Shown here in pieces: positions 15,672 through 28,050 of a DNA stretch of 64,000 nt. Under the pieces are notes generated by a model. That model saw only the letters and a program-made list of their open reading frames with translations, made no database searches and was not told the DNA's origin. Where the stretch lies: contig CAVOFT010000001.1 in the NCBI GenBank assembly GCA_963695095.1, positions 2,720,001-2,784,000 on the forward strand, given 5' to 3'. Both the position numbers and the translations under genes were made by a program. Source of the stretch: an uncultured bacterium. GTDB taxonomy: Bacteria; Krumholzibacteriota; Krumholzibacteriia; JACNKJ01. Numbering within the stretch: position 1 is the stretch's first letter; every line of letters starts with the position of its first letter.

Positions 15672-16878
15672 ATGGCCATGAAGACGCAGCCCGGCCTGTC
15701 CCGCCGCGGCCTCGCCGTCCCCGCGAGCCCCATCCGCCGGCTCGTGCCCTACGCCGATCGCGCCAAGGCCGCGGGCACCAAGATCTACCACCTCAACATC
15801 GGCCAGCCGGACATCCCCACCCCGCGCGAGATGATCCGCGCCTACCAGGCCTTCACGGCCGAGGTGCTCGCCTACGGGCCCAGCCAGGGCATCCCCGAGT
15901 TCCGCCGCGCCGTGTCCACCTACTGGAAGGGCTGGCAGGTCGATCTCGCCCCCGAGCAGGTCATCGCCACCACCGGCGGCAGCGAGGCCATCCTCTTCGC
16001 CCTGCTCGCCCTCTGCGACCCGGGCGACGAGGTGCTCATCCCCGAGCCCTTCTACACGAACTACCTGGGCTTCGCGGCCGTGGCCTCCGTGAACGTGGTG
16101 CCCGTGCCCGCCAGCGTGACGGACGGCTTCCGCCTGCCCGCCGACGCCGAGTTCCAGCGCCGCATCACGCCGCGCACGCGGGCCATCCTCTTCAGCAATC
16201 CGGGCAACCCGACGGGCGCCGTCTACACGGCCGCCGAGCTGCGTCGCCTCGGCAACCTGGCCGGCGAGCACGGGCTCTTCCTGCTCGCGGACGAGGTCTA
16301 CCGCGAGTTCGTCTACGACGGCGCCCGCTTCACGAACGTGTTCTACGCTCACGGATGTCGCCGACCGCGTGATCGTCCTCGACAGCGTGAGCAAGCGCTA
16401 CAGCGCCTGCGGCGCGCGCGTGGGCTACCTCGCCACGCGCAACGAGGCGGTGCTGGACGCCGCGCTGCGCCTCGGCCAGGCGCGGCTCTGCCCGCCCACC
16501 GTGGACCAGCTCGCCGCCGCCGCCGCCTACACGACGCCGCCCAGCTACCTCGAAGGCGTGCGCGTCGAGTACCAGGCGCGGCGCGACACCCTGTTCGCGG
16601 CCCTCTCGGGCATTGCCGGCGTCACCAGCTTCAAGCCGGCCGGCGCCTTCTACACGGTGGCCAAGCTGCCCGTGGCCGACGCCGAGAAGTTCGCCATCTG
16701 GCTGCTCACGGACTTCCGGCACGAGGGTGCCAGCGTGATGCTGGCGCCGGCCAGCGGCTTCTACGCCACCGAGGGCAGCGGCCAGGACGAGGTGCGCATC
16801 GCCTACGTGCTCAAGAACGAGGATCTGAAGGCCGCCATGGCCGTCCTGGCCGCGGGGCTGAAGGCCTTCCCGGGCTAG
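15672..16878 (+). CDS. PLP-dependent class I/II aminotransferase (frameshift near 16350)
   Basis: Motifs LNIGQPD, SNPGNPTG, DEVYREF and DSVSKRYSACGARVG. Confidence 0.9.
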
Positions 16879-16952
16879 GGTCTTCCTCGACGAGGGCGGG
16901 ACCGGCTGTGCTATGCTTGTAGCGCCGCGCACTCTCGCCTCGGAGGAGCCCC

Positions 16953-19900
16953 ATGCCTCGCCTCGCCGCCTTCTGCCTCCTGCTCTGCCTCGCCCTGCCC
17001 GCCGCGCCGCCGCCCGGGGGCCGCGGCGACGTGATCGCCGACTTCGAGTCCGGCAGCGTCACGCTGGCGAGCTACCCCGACCAGGACCTGGATCCCGGCG
17101 ACTGGGCGCTCATCACCACCGGCACCCACGCGGGCAGCGCCTACTCGCTGCGGCTCTTCGGCAACACCTGGAAGACGCAGGCAGTGACCCCGCGGGCGGT
17201 GAGCCCCGGCACGGTCTGGCAGGTGGCGGTCCATGTCGAGGCCGAGGCGGAGATGCAGGCCTTCGGGGTGAGCGACGGCACCAACGAGCTGCTCTACACG
17301 CTCGCCGGCGAGCAGCTGCCCACGGGTCCCCAGTGGTGGACCGTCTACCAGGGCGCCTTCCCGAGCGGCGAGTGGCGCGTCTACCTGCTGCCCATCGGCG
17401 AGGACTGGCCGGCCACGCACGGCTACCTGCCCGAGATCACGACGCTCATCTACGTGAACGACCGCGACGCAGGCGGCAGCGCCGCCACGCGCTTCGACGC
17501 CGTGATCGACGTCACCGCCGACCTGCCCGTCGCCCCCACGGTCGAGGCCGGCTACGCGATCCAGCGCCTCACGCGCCTGGGCAAGGATCGCTACCGCGCC
17601 GGCATCCAGTTCAGCGCCCAGGTCACCGACCCCGACTCCCCCACGCACGACTACCACTGGGACTTCGGCGACGGCGCCACGAGCAGCGAGGCCGCGCCCT
17701 TTCACGACTTCATCGTCGAGGCCGACTACGCCTACGCGGTGGGCCTCGTCGTCACCGATCCTGACGGCCTCACCGGCGGCGACACCTGCCAGGTGGCCGT
17801 CGAGCCGGGCGAGGCACAGGGGCCGATCACCGTGAACTTCGTGGGCGACATCATGATCGCCCGCGCCTACGAATCCAACGGCGGCATCATCGACACCTAC
17901 GGCGTCGACGCCATCTTCGCCCCGACCAAGCCCATCTTCGCCGACGCGGCCGACCTCAGCGTCTGCAACCTGGAGTGCTCCTTCACGGACCAGGGCACGC
18001 CGCACCCGACCAAGAGCGTCAACTTCCGCGCCCGGCCCGAGAACTTCGTCGGCGTGGTGAACGCGGGCATCGATCTGTGCGACCTCGGCAACAACCACAT
18101 CATCGACTACGGCGAGGTCGGCATGCTGCAGACGATCCAGCTCTGCGCCGATGCCGACATGCCCACCATCGGCGCCGGCCGCAACGACCGCGAGGCCCTG
18201 GCGCCGGCCTTCCTCAGCGAGCGCGGCATCCGCCTGGGCTTCCTCGGCCTGTCCAACCGCACGGGCCGGCGCTGGAACTACCAGCCCTTCCTCGACGCGG
18301 GCGCGAGCAAGCCCGGCTTCGCCTACCTGATGCCCAAGAACCTCGAGGAGTCCATCGCCGCCGCCCGCGACGAGGCCGACGTGCTCATCGTGCAGACGCA
18401 CAGCGGCGACGAGTACCTCGCCGCCGGCGCCCCGGATGAAGACAGCCCGGGCGGCGCCAAGGCGCTGCCGGCCGACGGCTTCCTCGCCGAGCCGCCGGTG
18501 GAGGCCTTCGCGCCGGCTCTCGGCGATCCCGACTTCCGCTTCCGCAACGAGCCCCTGCCCACCGAGCGCGCGCTGCGCCGGCAGGCGCTGGACCTGGGCG
18601 CGGACATCCTCATCAACCACCATCCGCACGTGCTGCAGGGCTTCGAGTCCTACCAGGGCAAGCTGATCGCCCACAGCCTGGGCAACTTCATCTTCGACCT
18701 CTACTACCCCGAGACCATGCCCACCCTCGTCCTCACGCTCGAGATCGAGAAGACGGGCATCACCGGCTACACCTTCGTGCCCGCCTGGATCGACGACTAC
18801 ATCACGCAGCCCGCCACGGGCATGCTCGGCCGCGAGATCATGGACCGCCTGGCCGACTACTCGCGCGACATGGGAGCGCTGGTCGCCGTGGACATCTACA
18901 CCAACAGCGCGCGCATCTACCTGGATCCGGCCGCCGCGCCCAGCAGCGTGGAGATGATCCAGGCTCAGCTGCCCTTCCGCGCCGAGGCCGGCGCGGCCAT
19001 CAGCCGGCCGCTGGAGCTGGCCGGTGGCGGGCCCCTCTCGCGCATCGTCGATCTCAGCGGCGAGGGCCTGGGCGCCTGGGAGTACCGCTGCGGCCGCGAG
19101 CTGCTCTGGCACGGGGGCTTCGAGGACGAGGGCGCGAGCTTCTGGGACCTCACGGCGCCGGACGAGTGGCTGGACGAGAGCGAGGCCGCCGCCGGCCAGC
19201 GCTCGCTGGCGATTCGCCGCAGCGCCGGCCAGGCCGAGGCCGGCAGCGACCAGGAGCGCCATCTCCCATGCGATCCGGAGAAGGAACACAGCCTGCTGGG
19301 CTGGATGCGGGGCGACAATGCGGCCGCCGCCAACGTGCTCGCCCGCTTCTACGTGGATCGCAACGCGGGCAGCCCGCTGAGCAGCGAGGCCCTCGGCCCG
19401 GCGCTCGCGGGCACTGTTGACTGGCACCTGCAGTGGGCGGAACTCGCGACGCCAGGCGAAGGCGACTGGTTCGAGGTGCGCTGCACGCTCGGCGCCCCCA
19501 GCAGCGGCAGCGGGCAGGCGAACTATGATGGCCTTGCCTTCATCGAGTGGGAAGCCTGGCAGACCGGCGCGCCCGGCGCCCTCGTCCCCCATCCGCACAA
19601 CTTCCGGTACATCCAGTTCCGCAGCGCGAACCCCGCCTTGACCCAGGCCCTGCTCAGCTACGAGGAGACCCGCTACGTCGAGGATCTCAGCGGTCTGCCC
19701 GGCGAGGCGACTCCCGCAGCGCCTCTGCTCGCGCAGAACTACCCGAATCCCTTCAATCCGAGCACGCGCTTCACCCTCAGCCTGCCGGCGGGCGAGGCGA
19801 GCGCCCCGGTCGTGCTGAGCATCCACGACGTGCAGGGCCGGCAGCTCGCCCTGCTCTTCAGCGGTCGCCTCGCCGGCGGCGAGCGCCTCAGCCTGGACTG

Positions 19901-20006
19901 GGACGGCCGCGACGGCGAGGGCCGGCGCCTGCCCAGCGGGGTCTACTTCGCGCGCGCGCGCCTGGGCGAGCGCAGCGAGTCGCGGAAGCTGGTGCTGCTC
20001 AAATAA
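16953..20006 (+). CDS. secreted CapA-family metallophosphoesterase with PKD domain and C-terminal FlgD/T9SS-like domain
   Basis: Signal peptide; PKD YHWDFGDG; CapA motifs VGDIM, CNLE, GNNHIIDYG, HHPHVLQG and SLGNFIF; C-terminal QNYPNPFNP..SGVYFAR..KLVLLK. Confidence 0.85.
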   Translation: MPRLAAFCLLLCLALPAAPPPGGRGDVIADFESGSVTLASYPDQDLDPGDWALITTGTHAGSAYSLRLFGNTWKTQAVTPRAVSPGTVWQVAVHVEAEAEMQAFGVSDGTNELLYTLAGEQLPTGPQWWTVYQGAFPSGEWRVYLLPIGEDWPATHGYLPEITTLIYVNDRDAGGSAATRFDAVIDVTADLPVAPTVEAGYAIQRLTRLGKDRYRAGIQFSAQVTDPDSPTHDYHWDFGDGATSSEAAPFHDFIVEADYAYAVGLVVTDPDGLTGGDTCQVAVEPGEAQGPITVNFVGDIMIARAYESNGGIIDTYGVDAIFAPTKPIFADAADLSVCNLECSFTDQGTPHPTKSVNFRARPENFVGVVNAGIDLCDLGNNHIIDYGEVGMLQTIQLCADADMPTIGAGRNDREALAPAFLSERGIRLGFLGLSNRTGRRWNYQPFLDAGASKPGFAYLMPKNLEESIAAARDEADVLIVQTHSGDEYLAAGAPDEDSPGGAKALPADGFLAEPPVEAFAPALGDPDFRFRNEPLPTERALRRQALDLGADILINHHPHVLQGFESYQGKLIAHSLGNFIFDLYYPETMPTLVLTLEIEKTGITGYTFVPAWIDDYITQPATGMLGREIMDRLADYSRDMGALVAVDIYTNSARIYLDPAAAPSSVEMIQAQLPFRAEAGAAISRPLELAGGGPLSRIVDLSGEGLGAWEYRCGRELLWHGGFEDEGASFWDLTAPDEWLDESEAAAGQRSLAIRRSAGQAEAGSDQERHLPCDPEKEHSLLGWMRGDNAAAANVLARFYVDRNAGSPLSSEALGPALAGTVDWHLQWAELATPGEGDWFEVRCTLGAPSSGSGQANYDGLAFIEWEAWQTGAPGALVPHPHNFRYIQFRSANPALTQALLSYEETRYVEDLSGLPGEATPAAPLLAQNYPNPFNPSTRFTLSLPAGEASAPVVLSIHDVQGRQLALLFSGRLAGGERLSLDWDGRDGEGRRLPSGVYFARARLGERSESRKLVLLK

Positions 20007-20260
20007 AGACTATTGCCTCTGCTTTGCGGCCTACCCCACGGGGCTGCGCGGGGCTTCCCATGACTCCCCAGCATTCCCGCTTGCGCCGCGCACGCTTCGC
20101 GCAACATTTTCCGGCAGGCAGCAGCCCCGCCGCCTGTGCTACACTGATGGCTACCCCTGCAGGGCCGTGACCCGCCATGCCGCCCACCGCGCGGCGGATG
20201 TCTGTGCCCGCGCCGATACCAACGGATCATCCGCGACGAGCTTCGACCAAGGACGTACCG

Positions 20261-23200
20261 ATGACTCGCAGCCTGCTGACCCGCCTCATCGTCTCCAGTC
20301 TGCTCCCGCTTGCCCTCCTGCCGACATCAAGCCTCGCCGGCTCCAGCGAGCGGCCGCTGCCCCTGCAGGCCGCCTGGGACCAGTCCCTTCCCACCGGCCG
20401 CTGGCTGGCCGAGGTGATCGCCGATCCCGCTGCAGACCGCAGCTTGCCGCCCAGCCTGACCTGGTACTGGCTCCTGGACGGCGGCGAGCGCCTCGTGGCG
20501 GCCGATCTGGTCGGCGTCGAGGAGGAGCCGGTGGCGGCCCTGGCCGAGAGCCCGCGGCGCCTGCCCCTGATCGGCAGCGAAGGCACGGTCACTCGCGATG
20601 CCGGCGGCGAAGCGCTATGGACGGCCGACTACAGCGTCGAACTCGGCGCGCCGCAGCGTCTGCACGGGCGCGCGGTTCAGTCCGTGACGATCAAGCCCTT
20701 CCGCCTGGCCGATGGCCGGCTCTACGCCCTGCGCGGCGCCAGCCTGCGCCTGCGCACGGCCGCTGCTGCGGAGCTTCCGTTTGCGCTGAGCCCCCTGCGG
20801 CCCGACTTCCCCCTGCGCCAGCGGCTGGAGAGCCGCCTTGGCGCGCTGCTGCTCAATCCGGAGACCCTGCCCGGCTCCCCCGGTGACCGCGCCGTCGGCG
20901 GCGGCGGCTTCCCCACCAACGTGCCGGGCATCGAAGGCGCAGCGGTCGCCATGGTCATGGTCGCGCCCGACTCCTTCATGGACCTTTGCGAGACTTACGC
21001 CGCCGCGCGCACCAACCAGGGCGTACCCACGGTGGTGCGCAGCATGGAGTGGATCGCCAGCCACTACCCGCGGGGCGGCGATCGGGCCGAGATGCTGCGC
21101 GGCTTCGTGCAGGACGCCTATGCGAAGTGGTCCATCGAGCATCTGCTGCTCGTCGGCGACGCGGCGCTCATCCCGCCCCGCTACGCCTACACCGAGATCT
21201 TCGGCGGCGACATCACCACCGCCCCCACCGACATGTACTACGCCTGCCTGGACGGCGACTGGAACGCCAACCGCAATTCCCGCTGGGCCGAGGCGGCCGA
21301 CACCCTGGCGGGCGATCCCGGCGACGTGACGGACTGGCTGGCGGAGATCAACGTCGGCCGCCTGCCCGCCGCCACGCGGGCGGAGTGCAGCACCCTGCTC
21401 AGCAAGCAGAGCAGCTACCACGACGCGGCCATGAATCCCTACCAGCAGCGCTTCCTGATGCTGGGCGAGGTGCTCTTCCCCTCCGACTGGGTGCCGGGGC
21501 AGAACATCATCTCCGACGGCGCCGCGTTCTGCGAGTCGATCTACGTCAAGTACACGGGGCCGCAGCACCAGGTGAAGCGCCTCTATGAGAACAACACGGC
21601 CTACCCCGGCTCCTTCCCCCTCACGGTCCAGTCGGCCCTGGACTCCATGTCCAACGGCTTCAACATCGTCCTGCACAACGGCCATGGCCAGCGGCAGACG
21701 ATGCGCGTGGGCAACGGCAGCATCGACAACAACATGGCCAGCCAGCTCGACAACGGCAACCGTACCTTCCTGCTCTACATGATCAACTGCACGGCGGCGG
21801 CCTTCGACTACAACTGCATCGCCGAGGCCTTCATGAAGAACCCGGGCGGCGGCTCGTGGGCGGTCGTGGGCTCCACGCGCGAGACCTTCGCCAACATCAA
21901 CGCCCTCTACATGGACATCTTCTTCAGCTCGATCTTCAATAACTCCGCGATGCGCGTCGGCGACCTGTTCATGGCCAGCCTCGCCTACTACAACAGCCAG
22001 ACCCTCCTGGACAGCGGCCACCGCTGGGCGCATTCCACGCTCACCCTGATGGCCGATCCCAGCAACTGGCTACACTACGCGGGGGCCGGCACGCTGTCGA
22101 CCAACCTGCCCGCCTCGGCGGCCCTCGGCGGCGGCCCGCTGACGATCACCGTGACCCAGGGCGTGAGCACGCCGGTGGCGGGCGCCATCGTCACCCTGCG
22201 CAAGGGCGAACAGGACTACCAGTGGGCGGCGACCAACGGCGCGGGGCAGGCGAGCTTCACGCTGAAGGCTTCCACCGCGGGTACCTATGAAGTCAACGTG
22301 GAAGCGCGCGATTTCCGGCCGAAGACGGCGAGCTTCAGCGCTACCGCCCCGATCGGCGCGCCGCGGCCCTACATCGCCGCCGTGACGCTGAATGATACGA
22401 ACGGCGGCAGCATCATCGGCAACGGCAACGGCGTTGCCGAGCGCGGCGAAACGGTGCGGCTGACCCTGACCCTCGCCAACAGCGGCACGACCACGGCCAG
22501 CGCGGTCACGGGCCTGCTGACCAGCAGCTCGCCCGATGTCACCGTGCTGGACGGCGCCGACAGCTACGGCAATCTCATCGCGGGCGGCAGCAACCCCGGC
22601 AGCGACCCCTACCTGATCCGGATCCTGGACAGCGCCGTCGACGATGAGATCCTGCCCTTCGCCCTGGCGATCACCACGGGCCAGGGCGTCTTCGGCGAGG
22701 ACTTCTTCCTGGAGGCGGCCGCGGCTCGCCTGGCCCTCCACGGCAGCACTCTCGACGACAGCCAGGGCGGCGACGGCGACGGCCTGCTCGAGGCCGGCGA
22801 GACGGCCGCCTTCGCCCTCTCGCTCGCCAACTGGGGCCGCGCCGATGCCGTCGACGTCCAGGCCGCGGCCTCCCCGACCGCGGGCAGCAGCCTGATCGTG
22901 AACTCCGGTTCCGTCGATCTCAACACGCTGGCCGCCCTGACGGCGAACCTCGGGCCGGCGACCTTCAGCGTCACCCGCAGCGGCGCGAACGCCGCCGGAG
23001 CTGCTGGTGGTGCTGAGCGACAGCTACGGTCACACCGACAGCCTCACCCTGCTGCTCGAGCGGCCGCTGAGCCTGCCCTCGGCGCCGCTGTTCGCCTTCA
23101 GCGAGGATCCGACCCGGATCACGCTCAACTGGGAGCCCGGGCTCCCCCTCGATGCGGCCGGCTACCGGGTCTATCGCGCCGATGAGGCAGCCGGACCCTA

Positions 23201-24975
23201 CGCGCTCATCTCCCCCGACTGGGTGAGCAACGCCACCTACAGGGACGACGGTCTCGCCCCGCTCACCAGCTACTGGTATCGCGTGCAGGCGCTCTCGGCC
23301 GCCGGCCTGACGGGCGCCCTCTCCGACTCCAGCAAGGTGACCGCGCCGCTGCCCCTGCGGCCGGGCTGGCCGCAGACGCTGAACCTGGAGACGGCGAGCA
23401 CGCCGGTGGTCGGCGATGTGAACGGCGATGGGGTGAACGAGATCTTCGTCGCCGCGGACAAGGTCTACGGCTTCGCCCTCGACGGCAGCGAGCTGGCCGA
23501 CGGCGACAACAATCCGCTCACCAAGGGCGTCATCAGCAGCCTCGGCAACTTCTATCGCAACTGCCCGCTGGCGATGGGCGACCTGACCGACAGCCCCGGC
23601 CTCGAGCTGGTGGCCGGCAGCTGGGACACCGGCCAGGTCATCGTCTTCGAGTTCGAGCGACGGCCCCGGCGGCATCGAAGCCAGCCCGGCCCCGGGCTGG
23701 CCGCGCACGATCGCCGCCCCCGGCGGCATCGGCATCTGGGCCGCGCCGGCGCTGGCCGACATCGACGGCGATCGCCGGCTGGAGATCCTCGTCACCGACA
23801 TCGGCGGCTACCTGAACGCCTGGTATGCGAACGGCAGCACCGTACCGGGCTTCCCCAAGTCCGGCCAGGGCTCCTGGACGCGCTCGACGACGGCCTTCGG
23901 CAACATCGACGGCGACCTCGACTTCGAGATCTTCCAGGCCACCTCGACCGGGCGCCTCCACGGCTACCAGGGCAACGGCAGCGTCCTGTCCGGCTTCCCG
24001 AAGACCGGCATGACGGCCATCTTGTCCAGCCCGGCCGTGGGCGACATCGACGACGACGGCTTCCCGGAGATCATCGTCAGCGCCGAGAACGACTCGATCT
24101 ACGCCTTCAACCACACGGGCACCCGCGTGCCCGGCTGGCCGAAGCGGCTCGTCAACAACATCGACAACACCATCAAGGCTCCCAGTCCTGCGCTCGCGGA
24201 CATCACGGGCGACGGCGTGCCGGAGATCTTCGCGGTCAGCGTCCACGACAGCCATCACACGGAGCTGGGCTGGCTCGACGCCGGCGCGAACTGGCTGCCC
24301 GGCTGGCCCGTCACCTTCGACGGCTTCACCCAGGCCGGCGCCACCGTGGGCGACCTTGACGGCGACGGCGACCTCGAGGTGGTACTACCCCAGGAGAGCG
24401 GTATCATCAGCGCCTGGCATCACGACGGCACCCCCGTGGACGGCTTCCCGCTCACGACCAGCGAGTTCGCCCGCTCGGCGGCCTGCTTGATGGACATCGA
24501 CAAGGACGGCCTGCTCGACCTGGTCTTCGCCGGCTGGGACCGCAGCCTCTACATCTGGGAGTTCCCCACGGCTTACGATCCCGAGCTGACGCCCTGGTAC
24601 ACCTACATGCACGACTTCCGGCGCACGGGCAACACGAGCACCCTGGACTGGGTGGTCGGCGTGGACGATGAGGATCCGCTGCCCGCCGGGCGCGTCTTCC
24701 GCCTCGACGAGAACTGGCCCAACCCCTTCAACCCGAGCACCAACATCCGCTTCACGGTGGGCGGCAGCACCTCGCAGCCGGTGCTGCTGGAGATCTACGA
24801 CCTGCGCGGCCGCCGCTTGAAGAGCCTGACCCAGGGCACCCTGGCGCCGGGCACCTACGTGCACAGCTGGAACGGACGCGACGAGGCCGGCAACGAGCTG
24901 GCCAGCGGCATCTACTTCGCGCGGCTGAAGGTGGGCAAGGCCAGCGAGACGAAGAAGCTGACCTTGCTCAAGTAG
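20261..24975 (+). CDS. secreted C25 (gingipain-like) cysteine peptidase with FN3, FG-GAP repeats and FlgD/T9SS-like C-terminal domain (frameshifts near 22995 and 23660)
   Basis: LLLVGD, TDMYYACLDG and VGRLP; catalytic HNGHG and INC; GDxDGDG repeats; C-terminal NWPNPFNP..KKLTLLK. Confidence 0.85.
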
Positions 24976-25062
24976 CGGGAGCGCGCGGAGCCTCCCGCTC
25001 GCTCGCGCTGCGAAGCTCGTTCGCAGGAGGCCCCGCGCGCTCCTGCGGCTCGAACAGCATCA

Positions 25063-25098
25063 GCCCCTGCGCCTCCCCGGCGCAGGGGCCTTTTCGTT
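25063..25098 (+). terminator. intrinsic terminator
   Basis: GCCCCTGCGCC..GGCGCAGGGGC followed by CTTTTCGTT. Confidence 0.7.
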
Positions 25099-25242
25099 GC
25101 GGCGCCCGGCAACCCCTGCCACCCGGCGCGGGAGCTTCGGCTTTGGGGAGGAGAGCACTGCGACCTTTCCCGAGTGATCTGCGCAGCGAGAACGAGGGGA
25201 AGGTCGCAGCGCTCCCCCTGGCCGCCGCCGAAGCCCCCGCGC

Positions 25243-26622
25243 CTAGATCGCGATGCGCTGCCAGGCGCCGTGGCGAAAGCGCAGCGTGAGCAGCGTGGCG
25301 ATGCAGGCAAAGGCGATCACCCCGCCCAGCCAGGCGCCGAAGATGCCCATCTCCAGCCGATAGGCGAAGACGAGGGCCAGGGGCAGGAAGATCGCGTAGG
25401 AGCCGAAGCCCGTGATCAGCATGGGCGCCCGCGTGTCCCCGGCGCCCTGCAGGGCGCCGCTCATCGTCATCTGCACGGCGTCGCCGATCTGGAAGAGCGC
25501 GAGCAGAGGCACGATGCCCAGACCCGCCGCCACGACGGCCGGATCCTTGTTGAACAGCGTGAACAGGTGCGACCGCGCGGCGAAGAAGGCCAGCGCCACG
25601 ATCAGCGAGTAGGCGAGATTCAGGCGCAGGCTCACCCAGCCGCAACGCGCGGCCAGGGCCGCCCGACCGGCGCCCAGGTACTGGCCGACCATGGTGGTCG
25701 CGGCCTTGGCGATGCCGTTGGCCGGCATGAAGCTGAAGCTCAGCAGCTGCACGCCGATCTGGCTAGCGGCCAGCTCGTCCGTGCCCAGCCGCCCCATCAG
25801 GGCCATGAAGATGGTGAAGCTGCCCATGTCCAGGAAGGTCTGCACGCCGATGGGCGTGCCCACCCTGAGCAGTCGCCGCATCGCAGCGGGCTGGAAGGAG
25901 CGCTGCCCCCGCGTCAGGTACTGGGCCGCCATGCGCGGGCGCAGGAAGAGGGCGAGGCCGAGTGCCGCAGCGACGAGGTCCGAGATGCTCGTCGCCAGGC
26001 CGGCGCCCTGGGTGCTCAGCGCCGGGAAGGGGCCCAGGCCGAAGATGAGCAGCAGATCCAGCACCAGGTTGACCACGTTGGAGATGATCGAGATCATCAT
26101 CGAGGTGCGCACGTCCCCGACGCCGCGAAAGAAGCTGTGCCAGACGAAGGAGGCGAAGAGGAAGTAGGCGCCCAGCATGCGGGCGCGCATGTAGCGCAGA
26201 CCCTCCTCGATCACGGCGGGCTCGGGACCGGCCAGGGTGAGCAGGCGCTCGCTCTGCCAGTAGAAGATGCCGATGACGCCCGCCGCGGCCACGGAGAGGT
26301 AGAGCCCCTGCCAGGCGAACTGCGAGCACTCGCCGTGCCGCCCGCCGCCCTTGGCCTGGGCGACGAAGGTGCTCACCCCTTGCACGAGGCCCACGAAGAA
26401 GGTGTAGAGGGTCCAGACCAGCACGCCGCCGAGGCCCGCCGCGGCCAGTTCCACCTTGCCGACGCGGCCGAGCAGCAGCGTGTCCACGGTCCACATCAGG
26501 GTGGCCGAGAGCATGCCGATCACGGTCGGGTAGGCCAGCCGCCAGGCCTCCCCCATCGAACCCGCCCGCGCGCCCGGCACGATGATGCTGGGCTCGTCCG
26601 CAGTGCCTACGGTGTTTGCCAT
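25243..26622 (-). CDS. MATE family efflux transporter
   Basis: LAYPTVIG, FFRGVGD, NLVLDLLLIFG and GALQGAGDTR with a 12-TM pattern. Confidence 0.9.
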   Translation of the reverse strand: MANTVGTADEPSIIVPGARAGSMGEAWRLAYPTVIGMLSATLMWTVDTLLLGRVGKVELAAAGLGGVLVWTLYTFFVGLVQGVSTFVAQAKGGGRHGECSQFAWQGLYLSVAAAGVIGIFYWQSERLLTLAGPEPAVIEEGLRYMRARMLGAYFLFASFVWHSFFRGVGDVRTSMMISIISNVVNLVLDLLLIFGLGPFPALSTQGAGLATSISDLVAAALGLALFLRPRMAAQYLTRGQRSFQPAAMRRLLRVGTPIGVQTFLDMGSFTIFMALMGRLGTDELAASQIGVQLLSFSFMPANGIAKAATTMVGQYLGAGRAALAARCGWVSLRLNLAYSLIVALAFFAARSHLFTLFNKDPAVVAAGLGIVPLLALFQIGDAVQMTMSGALQGAGDTRAPMLITGFGSYAIFLPLALVFAYRLEMGIFGAWLGGVIAFACIATLLTLRFRHGAWQRIAI

Positions 26623-26786
26623 CGCCCGTCCCTCGCGGGGCGCGCGCGAGCGCCCCAAAGGGCGACACGCTAGCGGCTCGGGCCTTGCCTGGCAAGCCCC
26701 GCGGCGCCCTTGCACCGCCCGTGGCCTTCGACTACGATGAGGGCCCCTCGCCACTCCCCGGTCGACCTTCGCACGAGGTGCAGAAC

Positions 26787-27977
26787 ATGGCTGAGCTCCG
26801 CGATGTGGTCATCGTCTCCGCTGCCCGTACGCCCATCGGCTCCTTCCTGGGCGCCCTGTCCAGCGTGCCCGCGCCCAAGCTCGGCGCCATCGCCATCAAG
26901 GCCGCGCTCGAGCGCGCGGGCCTCGACGGGCGATCAGGTGGACGAGTGCATCATGGGCTGCGTGCTGCCGGCCGGCGTCGGCCAGGCGCCGGCCCGCCAG
27001 GCCGCCCTCGGCGCCGGCCTGCCGGAGAAGGTCGAGTGCATCACCATCAACAAGGTCTGCGGCTCGGGCCTCAAGAGCGTGATGCTGGCCGCGCAGGCCA
27101 TCGCCGTGGGCGACGCGGACATCGTCGTCGCCGGCGGCATGGAGAACATGAGCCTGGCGCCGCACTACGTCCAGAACAACCGTGTGGGCACGAAAATGGG
27201 CGACTGGACGCTCAAGGACGGCATGGTCATGGACGGCCTCTGGGATCCCTATCACGACTATCACATGGGCAATGCCGCCGAGCTCTGCGCGCGCGAGTGC
27301 AAGTTCGACCGCGCCGCCCAGGACGCCTTCGCCACCGAGAGCTACCGCCGCGCGCAGGCGGCCATCGCCGACGGGCGAGTTCAAGCGCGAGATCGTCGCC
27401 GTGCCCATCCCCCAGCGCAAGGGCGATCCCGTGCTGGTGGACACCGACGAGGAGCCCGGCCGCGTGGACTTCGCCAAGATCGGCACGCTGCGGCCGGCCT
27501 TCGACAAGGACGGCACGGTCACGGCGGCCAACGCCAGCAGCATCAACGACGGCGCGGCGGCGGTGGTGCGTGATGGCCGCGAGCCTGGCCGTCAAGCTGG
27601 GCCTGAAGCCCCTGGCGCGCATCGTCGCCCAGGCCAGCGCCGCCCAGGCGCCCGAGTGGTTCACCACCGCGCCCGCCAAGGCGATCGAGAAGGTGCTGGC
27701 CAAGGCGCAGCTCAAGGCCGGCGACATCGACCTGTTCGAGATCAACGAGGCCTTCGCGGTGGTATCCCTGGCCAACAACCAGCTCCTCGGTCTCGATGCC
27801 GCCAAGGTGAACGTGCGCGGCGGCGCCGTGGCCCTCGGCCATCCGATCGGCGCCAGCGGCGCCCGCGTGCTGGTGACGCTCCTCCACGCGATGCAGGATC
27901 GCCAGGCCAGGCGCGGCCTCGCCAGCCTCTGCATCGGCGGCGGCGAGGCGGCCGCCCTCGTCGTGGAGCGTTTGTAG
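26787..27977 (+). CDS. acetyl-CoA C-acetyltransferase (thiolase), apparent frameshifts
   Basis: Motifs [29 protein letters not shown] and LCIGGG. Confidence 0.93.
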   Translation: MAELRDVVIVSAARTPIGSFLGALSSVPAPKLGAIAIKAALERAGLDGRSGGRVHHGLRAAGRRRPGAGPPGRPRRRPAGEGRVHHHQQGLRLGPQERDAGRAGHRRGRRGHRRRRRHGEHEPGAALRPEQPCGHENGRLDAQGRHGHGRPLGSLSRLSHGQCRRALRARVQVRPRRPGRLRHRELPPRAGGHRRRASSSARSSPCPSPSARAIPCWWTPTRSPAAWTSPRSARCGRPSTRTARSRRPTPAASTTARRRWCVMAASLAVKLGLKPLARIVAQASAAQAPEWFTTAPAKAIEKVLAKAQLKAGDIDLFEINEAFAVVSLANNQLLGLDAAKVNVRGGAVALGHPIGASGARVLVTLLHAMQDRQARRGLASLCIGGGEAAALVVERL

Positions 27978-28050
27978 CCGACCCCAGCGTAGCGCGCGCG
28001 GCGCTTCGGCGGGGCGCCGCGCGCTTCCCCCGCGCTTGCCAAGGAGAAGC

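Noticed and set aside
9237..20219. CCGAT motif upstream of several genes as an alternative-sigma -10 element
   Set aside because: It is too short and frequent in GC-rich DNA, and I could not find a consistent -35 partner.
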